Assembly: GCA_964447485.1 (NCBI GenBank) | Contig: CAYUTH010000004.1 | Coordinates: 1-34,109 of the forward strand | Source: an uncultured Candidatus Cloacimonadota bacterium | GTDB taxonomy: Bacteria > Cloacimonadota > Cloacimonadia > JGIOTU-2 | Direction: 5' to 3' | DNA length: 34,109 nt | In this document: positions 26,738 through 34,109 of the stretch, piece after piece | How positions within the stretch are numbered: the first letter of the stretch is position 1 | How the letters are laid out: the number at the start of each line of letters is the position of its first letter | Program-made: the position numbers and the translations under genes | The notes under the pieces: generated by a model | What the model was told of the DNA's origin: nothing | What the model saw: the letters and a program-made list of their open reading frames with translations, nothing else | The model's database searches: none

Positions 26738-27822
26738 TCTCCATACTTATAATATGCGGCGCATGCGCCTTCGAAGGAAACCATACATGGTCCAACCGGA
26801 TTTTCGGGAGTACAATTTTTCCTGAACAGCGTACACTCAAGAGGAGTTTTTCTTCCTGCAATGATATCTCCGCAAATACAGGCGGTTTGTACAACTTCAT
26901 CCTTTACTTTTATATCAAATTTATTCTCTGTATCAAATTTTGCAAATTCGTCTTTCAGGCATAATCCACTCTTGGGGATCAAGCCAAATCCGCGCCACGA
27001 TACATCACACTCGTCAAATACTGCCGAGATCAGTTCTTGTGCTGCCCTGTTTCCCTCAGATCGCACCATTCTCTTATATCTATTATCTACAAACTGACTA
27101 TTGTTTTTGATTTGAGATACCAACGATTCAATTCCCAATCCCAGATCGACCGGTTCGAAACCAGCTACTGTGCAGGGAATATTATATTTACTCGGAATAA
27201 ATTCATAGGGTTCGGAACCAATTATCACACTCACATGCCCGGGCAAAATGAATCCGTCAATTGCACCCTGTAGCTGGGAAAGAAGAAATTGTAACACATT
27301 CGGCATCGTTTTTACTAGGCAAAGAATGGTGATATTGTTTATCTGTTGCGCATAGGCATCCAGAACTAAGCTGGCAATAGCGGGAATTGTCGTTTCAAAC
27401 CCGACCGCGATGAAAATCACTTCTTTAGAGGTAGTCTTTGCGATATTCAGTGCATCCAACGGACTATATACAACACTTACAAGCGCACCTTTTGCGATCT
27501 CTTTTTCCAAACTTGATGTGCTTCCGGGGACTTTGATCAAATCTCCGAATGTGACAATATGATGTCCCTGTTGAGCTAAAAATATGATCTTATCAATATC
27601 CTGGGTTGAAGTAACACATACCGGACATCCGGGTCCTGAGAGGAATTTTATTGAATCTTTGAAATAATGCCTGAATCCAAATTTGAGTATTGATACTGTA
27701 TGAGTGCCGCACACTTCCATAAATTTCAGGGGAAGCACTTTTCGGTCGAGTGCAGTTACATCATGCTTAATTTTTTTTAAAAGCGGTTTTAGTTCAGGAT
27801 TATTTCTGAATTTATCGGTCAT
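26734..27822 (-). CDS. hypD: [NiFe]-hydrogenase maturation protein HypD
   Basis: Motifs MEVCGTHT, SGPGCPVCVT, GFETT and PGHVS. 4-nt overlap with hypE. Confidence 0.92.
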   Translation of the reverse strand: MTDKFRNNPELKPLLKKIKHDVTALDRKVLPLKFMEVCGTHTVSILKFGFRHYFKDSIKFLSGPGCPVCVTSTQDIDKIIFLAQQGHHIVTFGDLIKVPGSTSSLEKEIAKGALVSVVYSPLDALNIAKTTSKEVIFIAVGFETTIPAIASLVLDAYAQQINNITILCLVKTMPNVLQFLLSQLQGAIDGFILPGHVSVIIGSEPYEFIPSKYNIPCTVAGFEPVDLGLGIESLVSQIKNNSQFVDNRYKRMVRSEGNRAAQELISAVFDECDVSWRGFGLIPKSGLCLKDEFAKFDTENKFDIKVKDEVVQTACICGDIIAGRKTPLECTLFRKNCTPENPVGPCMVSFEGACAAYYKYGE

Positions 27823-27825
27823 AGT

Positions 27826-28047
27826 TTATTCTTCGGCTTCGCAGAGTTCAGTGAGCAACTCCAGAGTCTCCTTTGCATCCTCGGGGCTTACTCTTTGAAT
27901 GGCAAAGCCCGCATGAACAAGCACATATTCATCGATTTCGACATCCTCTATAATTCGTATGTCTATCTCTTTTTTCATGCCGAAAACATCTGCGATTGCT
28001 TTGTTGCCGTCTTTTGAAATAATTCTATAAGGTACTGCTAAGCACAT
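27826..28047 (-). CDS. hypC: [NiFe]-hydrogenase maturation chaperone HypC
   Basis: 73 aa beginning MCLAVP, which carries the essential Cys2. Confidence 0.9.
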   Translation of the reverse strand: MCLAVPYRIISKDGNKAIADVFGMKKEIDIRIIEDVEIDEYVLVHAGFAIQRVSPEDAKETLELLTELCEAEE

Positions 28048-28049
28048 TA

Positions 28050-30320
28050 TTACCTGCTTTTCAAGAGATATGAATAAACCTGGCCAAGTGCAATTCCTGC
28101 ATCATTAGGAGGTACTTTTTCATTCCAAAATAATGTAAGCTCGCTGCCGGAAAATACTCTTTTTATCATATTGACAAGCACAACATTCTGAAACACACCA
28201 CCGGAAAGCGCCACTGCATCTATGCCGGATTCATTCTTCATTTTTTTACACAAATCGAAAACCATCTTCGCAATTGTAAAGTGAAATTTTGATGAAATAT
28301 ATTCTTTCGATCTTTGCTCCTGAATATCATCCACAATACCCTTAATTACCAGATCAACTTCGATGAGTGACTGCTGCTTATCAAAACTAAAATGATAATA
28401 TTCCGAAAAACTCTCGTCTGCAAGAGTTTCCAACTTCATAGGAGCTTCGCCTTCATAGGAATTGAAATGGCACACATCTATAAGACTTGCAGCCGCATCA
28501 AAGAACCTACCCATGCTCGAGGTTTGAAGTCGCACAGAATCATTGAGGAGCTGGAGAAAGATCATATCTTTCTGTGGAAATTTCTTTTCCGTAATGATAC
28601 TCTCAATTGCTTCAGGATAATATTTATATAAATATATCAATGCCATTCTCCATGGCTCTTTCGCTGCGCGTTCCCCGGAAACCATGGGTACATAATTCAA
28701 ATGAGCAAACCTCTCGGACTCAGTTTTGTTAATAGTAAAAAATTCTCCGCCCCAGACATTTCCATCATCTCCATAACCAGTCCCGTCAAATGAAACTCCT
28801 AACACATTTTCAAGATCGTTTTCTGCCATTACACTGTAGATATGAGCTTTATGATGTTGAACATAATGAATGGGCAGCTCGTTGTCTTCTGCAAACTCTT
28901 GTGCAAACTGTGTTGAGAAATAGTTTGGGTGAGAATCCGCTATGACAATCTGAGGTTTCATTTCGAATATCGATTGAAAGTACTCAAGGGATTCCTTGTA
29001 AAATTTCGCATTTGATGTAAAAGCAAGATCTCCGAGATATTGGCTGCCAAGAAATATATTTTCCTTCGTAAGACCAAAAGAGCCCTTCATATCTGCGCCA
29101 GCAGCGAATATCTGTGGTTTCCCGATTCCTCGTGCAATGTTTATAGGTTTCGGTACAAATCCGCGCGCTTTTCTTATCAGGATACGTTGATCTCCTGCAT
29201 AGGTAACAATCGAGTCATCGATGCGATTATAAATTTCTCTGTTATAAGAAAGATAATATTGGGTTATATTTGCGAGATTTTGATATGCGGAATCATCATT
29301 ATTTTCAAGCGCTTCCTCAGAAATATTGCCGCTCGTAAATACAAGCAATCGAAAATGTTTGAAAAGCAAATAATGCAGCGGCGTATAGGGAAGCATAAAA
29401 CCGAGGTCTTTCACACCCGGGGCGACATGCTCAAGAATATCATTTTTCTTAGTAAGAAGTACTATGGGTTTTTGCTGCCCTTCCAACATGTGTTTTTCAA
29501 CTTTATTTACTGTGCAATATTCTTTTATCGTTTCAATATCCCGTGCCATCAATGCAAAAGGTTTGTGCTGTCTATACTTCAAAATTCTGAGTTTTTCCAC
29601 AACATCCTTTTTCAGAGCATTGCACACAAGATGGTAGCCCCCGATCCCTTTGATCGCAACGATCTCTCCCATTTGTAGAAGTGATACTGTCCTATCAAAC
29701 GCTTTTTTTCTTTTCTCGGTTACAATCGGACTCTCATCTATAATTTCTATAAAACGCAATTCCGGTCCACATTTGGGACAGGCATTCGGCTGAGCATGAT
29801 ATCTTCTATCTGCAACTGTTGTATATTCCCGATTGCAGTCATCACACATTATGAACTTTCTCATGGTAGTGTTTTTTCTGTCATATGGGATCGACTGTAT
29901 AATTGAGAACCGGGGTCCACAATTGGTACAATTCGTAAATGGATATGAAAAATGCCTGTCACCTTTCTCGAAAATCTCTTGTGCACATTTTTCACATGTC
30001 GCAATGTCCGGCGGAATCAGCGCTGATATCTCACCTTTCTTCTTGCTTGGCGCGATTTCAAAAGTTTTATACTCATGCAGCTCATGCTCTAAATATTTAA
30101 TTGAATGGGTGAGAATCGTTGAGACTTCTGGAGCATTATCGAGGATATCTTTTAAAAAATCCTCAATGGACTTTTTTGATGCCGTTGCAATTATTTTTAC
30201 ACCGAATTCCCTATTTTCGACATAACCAGTAATGCCATGTCCAAGGGCTGTTCGTTTTACAAAAGGACGAAATCCTACCCCTTGCACAATACCTGTGAGG
30301 AGTATCTCAGCTAGTTGCAT
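28050..30320 (-). CDS. hypF: carbamoyltransferase HypF
   Basis: Acylphosphatase domain GIVQGVGFRPFV and two Zn-finger pairs (CEKC...CTNCGPRF, CDDC...CPKCGP). YrdC-like and Kae1-like domains follow. 756 aa. Confidence 0.93.
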   Translation of the reverse strand: MQLAEILLTGIVQGVGFRPFVKRTALGHGITGYVENREFGVKIIATASKKSIEDFLKDILDNAPEVSTILTHSIKYLEHELHEYKTFEIAPSKKKGEISALIPPDIATCEKCAQEIFEKGDRHFSYPFTNCTNCGPRFSIIQSIPYDRKNTTMRKFIMCDDCNREYTTVADRRYHAQPNACPKCGPELRFIEIIDESPIVTEKRKKAFDRTVSLLQMGEIVAIKGIGGYHLVCNALKKDVVEKLRILKYRQHKPFALMARDIETIKEYCTVNKVEKHMLEGQQKPIVLLTKKNDILEHVAPGVKDLGFMLPYTPLHYLLFKHFRLLVFTSGNISEEALENNDDSAYQNLANITQYYLSYNREIYNRIDDSIVTYAGDQRILIRKARGFVPKPINIARGIGKPQIFAAGADMKGSFGLTKENIFLGSQYLGDLAFTSNAKFYKESLEYFQSIFEMKPQIVIADSHPNYFSTQFAQEFAEDNELPIHYVQHHKAHIYSVMAENDLENVLGVSFDGTGYGDDGNVWGGEFFTINKTESERFAHLNYVPMVSGERAAKEPWRMALIYLYKYYPEAIESIITEKKFPQKDMIFLQLLNDSVRLQTSSMGRFFDAAASLIDVCHFNSYEGEAPMKLETLADESFSEYYHFSFDKQQSLIEVDLVIKGIVDDIQEQRSKEYISSKFHFTIAKMVFDLCKKMKNESGIDAVALSGGVFQNVVLVNMIKRVFSGSELTLFWNEKVPPNDAGIALGQVYSYLLKSR

Positions 30321-30788
30321 TTTTTATCATCATTATAAGAGAATCAGCATTCTTTTTTATTTCCGGTGAAATTTCCGTTCCGAAATGAGCACTTTTTATA
30401 TTAATGCCGATTACTTTGATCATTACTTCAGAAAACTTATGAATATACTCGATGATCACACTCATGGAGCTCGTATGCGTAGAAGTTGAGAATGTGCTTA
30501 TTTCTTTGGGGTTCAAAATTTTTACCTCTCCTGCATCTGACGGCAACCTGCATGCATCAAAAAAAATGATCATATCAATATCTTTGGAAATGAAGGTGTT
30601 CAAATAATTTTCTGGGGTTGTTTCTGCGATCAGATATGTAGCTTTTTTTTTTTACATTTTGATTGCAGTTGCTCAACAATATATAAACCTACGCCGTCAT
30701 CACCGCGTTGATAATTTCCCAGCCCCACAAATAGGATTCGTTTATCTTTTATGGTTGTAAATAATTTTTTTAACTCATCAGAATGCAT
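30307..30788 (-). pseudogene. hydrogenase maturation endopeptidase (HycI/HyaD family), split by a frameshift inside an A11 run
   Basis: N-terminal part (30788 to 30630): MHSDELKKLFTTIKDKRILFVGLGNYQRGDDGVGLYIVEQLQSKCKKKKLHI*, carrying the GNxxxGDDG motif. C-terminal part is in the -1 frame: ATYLIAETTPENYLNTFISKDIDMIIFFDAC...STHTSS, carrying the DA and His motifs, ending at 30307. The two frames are jointly open only within the A run. Confidence 0.8.
30643..30653 (-). repeat. homopolymer, T11 on the plus strand and A11 in the mRNA sense
   Basis: Counted directly from gc ttttttttttt aca. In the zero frame it reads AAA AAA AAA AAG, which contains the A AAA AAG heptamer. Confidence 0.95.
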
Positions 30789-31389
30789 CTTCGACAACAA
30801 CCTGGTGTCTACAACGTGGACACATCAATTTATAATAATCTTCTCTTCTGAGCTTATCTTTCTTTATTTTTGCATCCGGTAGATCCTGGTAACGAAGTTG
30901 AATGAAGGCGAGAAGATTCGGATTACCATAAGCTTTTGGACCTAATTTTTCCACAAGCCAGTTCATATGATCTTCCGTAGCGATCTTTGTTCCACAAACA
31001 GGGCAGACAATGAGTTTCTTTTCGATCTTCATGAAATCTGCTTCCTTATCCGGACTGAATGTGGCGGTAATGTATTCATTAGAAAGCTTGATGCCTTTTT
31101 GAGTGATACAGTGTTCTTCGCATTGTCCGCAATAGATACAATTAGTGTAACTCACCTGCATGATGCGCTTGCCTTCTTCTGGAATATCGATCATCTCGAT
31201 CGCACCCGCAGGACATACTTGAGCACATGAGCCGCAGCCAACACACTCTTCTTCATTATATATTGGCTTCCCTTTGAACTGTTTCACCGGTTCATAGGGC
31301 TTCTTTGTAAAGGGATACTTACTCGTTATCGGTTTTGAAAATAGCGATACAATTGCTTCACCTAATTCTCGAAGTTTTGGAATTATCAT
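30778..31389 (-). CDS. NuoI/MbhN/HycF-like 2x[4Fe-4S] subunit with a C-terminal double-CxxC extension
   Basis: The N-terminal 115 aa or so show the NuoI-like layout: SKYPF...CVGCGSCAQVCPAGAI...CIYCGQCEEHCITQ. The last 85 aa or so carry CPVCG ... CPRCRH. ATGA overlap with mrpG. Confidence 0.7.
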   Translation of the reverse strand: MIIPKLRELGEAIVSLFSKPITSKYPFTKKPYEPVKQFKGKPIYNEEECVGCGSCAQVCPAGAIEMIDIPEEGKRIMQVSYTNCIYCGQCEEHCITQKGIKLSNEYITATFSPDKEADFMKIEKKLIVCPVCGTKIATEDHMNWLVEKLGPKAYGNPNLLAFIQLRYQDLPDAKIKKDKLRREDYYKLMCPRCRHQVVVEDAF

Positions 31390-31745
31390 TTCTGTTCCTC
31401 ACTCTTGTCTTTGTCCTGGCGATACAGATCAATGATTGTCTTATCGGTCAACTTGATTCCCGCTTTGTGGGCAGCTTTTGCAATCGCATGTGCAGAAACC
31501 GGTGAAGTGAGAAGAATGAATATAGCGCAGAGAATTGCCTTAAAACCCATCGCATTGAAGCCGGAATAGACAAACACACCGAATAGTATCCCTGCAGAAC
31601 CAAAAGTCACACTCTTCGTGGCTGCCTGAAGACGGTTATATACATCAGGAAGGCGCACAAGTCCGAGCACACCAAAAAGATCAAAAATAATGCCAATACA
31701 AATAATTACATAGCCGATAATTTGGTTAATTGCAAGATCAGGCAT
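31386..31745 (-). CDS. mrpG: Mrp/Mnh-type cation:proton antiporter subunit G
   Basis: Contains LGLVRLPDVYNRLQAATKSVTFG, the MnhG/PhaG signature. 3 TM helices. Confidence 0.85.
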   Translation of the reverse strand: MPDLAINQIIGYVIICIGIIFDLFGVLGLVRLPDVYNRLQAATKSVTFGSAGILFGVFVYSGFNAMGFKAILCAIFILLTSPVSAHAIAKAAHKAGIKLTDKTIIDLYRQDKDKSEEQK

Positions 31746-32079
31746 CGAGCGACCTCCCTTCTAAGAATTTGGCAAGCGCCAAAGCTCCGATAAAACTTTG
31801 AAGACCCCAGGCGATACCAATATCTATAAAATATGAGCGCTGCAATGCAATCGCAAGGATCGCACATATTCCTATGATCAGAATACCTAGAATATCAATG
31901 GCAACAATACGGTCTGCAACTGAAGGTCCTTTCACAACTCGTATAAGTATGAACAGTGAGCAGAAAAGGAGCACATTGATTAACTTATAATTGAAGGGAA
32001 TTTCAGTGAATACAACAAAATTTATTATAAAGAATGCTGCAATGAAAAGTAAACCTATAAACCATCTAAAAACTCTCAT
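31738..32079 (-). CDS. mrpF: Mrp/Mnh-type antiporter subunit F
   Basis: Contains RVVKGPSVADRIVAIDILG, the MnhF signature. 3 TM helices. Confidence 0.82.
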   Translation of the reverse strand: MRVFRWFIGLLFIAAFFIINFVVFTEIPFNYKLINVLLFCSLFILIRVVKGPSVADRIVAIDILGILIIGICAILAIALQRSYFIDIGIAWGLQSFIGALALAKFLEGRSLDA

Positions 32080-32579
32080 TCAAAAATCTCCTCGAGTAGT
32101 TTTTCAAAACGACCACCCACTTCTTTCGTGGTTTCGTCTATATCGGTACATTTTACATCTATCCAGTGCACATAGAGAACTTGATTATTGACATCAACAT
32201 CAACCGTTAATGTTCCGGGAGTTAAGGTTATTGAATTGGCAAGCATGGTAAGCGCAGAATCTCTTTTGAGTTTTGTGCGCACTTTCACGATACCGGGCTT
32301 GATTGGAAGAAGAGGATGAATGACAATATATGCCACATGGAAATTTGCTTTGATCAGTTCCCATGTAAACTTTACCAGATATTCAAGTGTGTACCATACT
32401 CGTTTAAAATGATATTTTCTTTCTGTGACTATCAGCAACTCTCCAGCAAATATCGCAGTGATCAATGCAACGATAATGCCTGCGACTAAGGAAGGAATAC
32501 TGAAAACCATCGTTATCAATATCCACACTAATAAGGAAAGGATAAAGACAACGATCCTGCTCTTTGTTTCTATCTTCAT
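32076..32579 (-). CDS. mrpE: Mrp/Mnh-type antiporter subunit E
   Basis: Contains ANFHVAYIVIHPLLPIKPGIV...ALTMLANSITLTPGTLTVDVD, the MnhE signature. Confidence 0.85.
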   Translation of the reverse strand: MKIETKSRIVVFILSLLVWILITMVFSIPSLVAGIIVALITAIFAGELLIVTERKYHFKRVWYTLEYLVKFTWELIKANFHVAYIVIHPLLPIKPGIVKVRTKLKRDSALTMLANSITLTPGTLTVDVDVNNQVLYVHWIDVKCTDIDETTKEVGGRFEKLLEEIFE

Positions 32580-34081
32580 TTAACACTCCCATTATCAAGA
32601 TAGGGCTCGACCTTGTCGATATATGAAGTTTTTCCCATAACGGTATCCACTATGGGATTCAGATATTGTTTTCTAATTGAGGGAATCATAATAGCGGAAC
32701 TTATCAGGCACAGCGCAGCTAAGATGATCATTGCTGTTTTCATAGCAAAGGGAACTTTTTCAAGTACTTTTGCAGATCCTTTTTTACCAAAGAATGCATG
32801 CTTTTGTACTTTCAGGAAGTAGGCGAGAGTAACAATACTCACCAGCGCTGCAATAATACCCACAACAATCTGTCCCGCAGAAATGCATGCAATGATAATG
32901 ATGAGCTTACTGAAAAATCCATTGAATGGTGGAATTCCTGAAATCGATAAAGTGCCAATCATTGTCGTCGTAGAAGTGACCTTCATCTCTTTTGATAGAC
33001 CGCCTAACTGCCGTAAATCCCGTGTGTCGGTTGCATATTCGACAGCGCCGCTGTCCAGGAAGAGCAGTGATTTGAAGATCGAATGATAGAAAAGATGTAA
33101 TATACCACCGAGAATACCGAGAGGTGTGCCGAGTGCAAAACCAACGACAACATACCCAATCTGGCTAATACTGCTGAATCCTAGTAATCGTTTGAAATCC
33201 CATTGCACTACAGAGAGAAATCCTCCAATCACTATAGAAAGAGTACCAAGCAACATGAGTATTTGCAGTACAACAGTTGGTGCTCCGAATACATTATAGA
33301 AAATTCTCACAATCGCATAGACTCCCAGTGTTTTAATAAGCACTCCGGAAAGCATTGCTGATATCGGAGCCGGGGCTGAGGGATGTGCGTCAGGGAGCCA
33401 TGCATGGAAGGGAACCAATGCTGTTTTCAAACCAAAACCCGCAATAAATAAACCATACACAAGGAAAAGCAGTTTTGGAGTTCCGGCATTTCTTAGCTGA
33501 AGCCCAACATCAGCCATTGTAAGTGTGGAAGTATAACTGTAGAGAATACCAATGCCAAACAGTATCATTGTGGAGGTGATTGCTCCCATCAAAGCATATT
33601 TGAATGCTGCCTCCAATTCTTCGGATTCCGTACCAAAGGCAACAAGGGCATAGGCAGAAATGAGTGATATCTCCATGAAAACATATAAGTTGAAAAAGTC
33701 ACCTGTAAGTATCACTCCATTCATTCCGGTCAACATCAGCATAAAGAGTGCAAAGAAATTCCATTTGCCTGAAAAATGATTTATATACTGTGTCGCATAG
33801 AAAGCAGAGAGAAAGGCAATAAGGTTCACCACTATCAGCATAAATGCAGAAAGATGATCCAGGATCAAGCTGATCGTATAGGGTATACTCCATCCACTTG
33901 TATTATTGAGGATCATACCTCCGTGGGCAGGAAGTTTAAAGAACGCAATGAACGAAACGATCAAAATCCACGCACAGGCAGCAAGGGCAATAACAGCAGC
34001 TATATTTTCCTTTTTACGGGCAAACAGAACGATGAGAAAAGCGGCGAGTAAAGGAACGAAAATAAACTGTGATAATATCAT
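32576..34081 (-). CDS. mrpD: Mrp subunit D / NuoN-NuoM-like proton-conducting membrane subunit
   Basis: 501 aa with about 14 TM helices. Proton_antipo_M pattern: GLKTALVPFHAWLPDAHPSAPAPISAMLSGVLIK. ATGA overlap with mrpE. Confidence 0.85.
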   Translation of the reverse strand: MILSQFIFVPLLAAFLIVLFARKKENIAAVIALAACAWILIVSFIAFFKLPAHGGMILNNTSGWSIPYTISLILDHLSAFMLIVVNLIAFLSAFYATQYINHFSGKWNFFALFMLMLTGMNGVILTGDFFNLYVFMEISLISAYALVAFGTESEELEAAFKYALMGAITSTMILFGIGILYSYTSTLTMADVGLQLRNAGTPKLLFLVYGLFIAGFGLKTALVPFHAWLPDAHPSAPAPISAMLSGVLIKTLGVYAIVRIFYNVFGAPTVVLQILMLLGTLSIVIGGFLSVVQWDFKRLLGFSSISQIGYVVVGFALGTPLGILGGILHLFYHSIFKSLLFLDSGAVEYATDTRDLRQLGGLSKEMKVTSTTTMIGTLSISGIPPFNGFFSKLIIIIACISAGQIVVGIIAALVSIVTLAYFLKVQKHAFFGKKGSAKVLEKVPFAMKTAMIILAALCLISSAIMIPSIRKQYLNPIVDTVMGKTSYIDKVEPYLDNGSVK

Positions 34082-34109
34082 CCTTGTAATCTCCTGATCT
34101 TCGTAATAT
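34078..34109 (-). CDS. 3' end of an upstream ORF (mrpC by operon order), truncated by window edge
   Basis: On the minus strand a frame reads ...ITKIRRLQG*, and its TGA overlaps the mrpD ATG (ATGA). Only 10 codons are visible. Confidence 0.3.
   Translation of the reverse strand, partial: ITKIRRLQG

Noticed and set aside
1-34109. CRISPR arrays, rRNA genes and IS elements.
   Set aside because: I saw no regularly spaced repeats of 25 nt or more, no rRNA-like conserved blocks, and no transposase- or integrase-like ORFs in any frame of the track.

Overview
This 34.1-kb window looks like chromosomal sequence from an anaerobic, diderm, AT-rich bacterium. It uses the standard code, with TGA, TAA and TAG all acting as stops. 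I saw no rRNA, CRISPR array, integrase or transposase.

Plus-strand left half:
- A 5'-truncated M18 aminopeptidase.
- YbgF/CpoB-like and BamD-like TPR envelope proteins.
- nadD and ppdK, then a small membrane ORF and tRNA-Val(CAC).
- ftsY and a complete rnfCDGEAB operon.

Two low-GC inserts interrupt this housekeeping context:
- A 1.8-kb islet lies directly 3' of tRNA-Val. It carries a minus-strand two-gene cassette: a signal-peptide protein with no canonical start codon, followed by a 4-TM protein.
- A 1.6-kb insert lies between the convergent rnf and pst operons. It carries a single Schlafen/AlbA_2-domain gene whose C-terminal half I cannot assign.

Minus-strand right half (15.7-34.1 kb): one uninterrupted co-directional array.
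- mrp(C?)DEFG, translationally coupled to a NuoI/MbhN-like 2x[4Fe-4S] protein.
- A frameshifted hydrogenase maturation protease, then hypF-hypC-hypD-hypE.
- A Na/Pi cotransporter, a PhoU-like protein, and phoB-phoR.
- A minimal sigma-70 factor.
- A Pho-box promoter driving a porin, pstSCAB and phoU.

Most notable observations:
- The orphan AlbA_2 gene.
- The tRNA-adjacent cassette with an apparent ATA start.
- The protease frameshift, which sits exactly on an A AAA AAG heptamer inside an A11 run.
- The Mrp to Fe-S to hyp coupling, with no hydrogenase structural genes visible in the window.
- The sigma factor embedded in the Pho cluster.

All functional calls rest on motifs I recognised by eye in the supplied translations. 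No database search was run.
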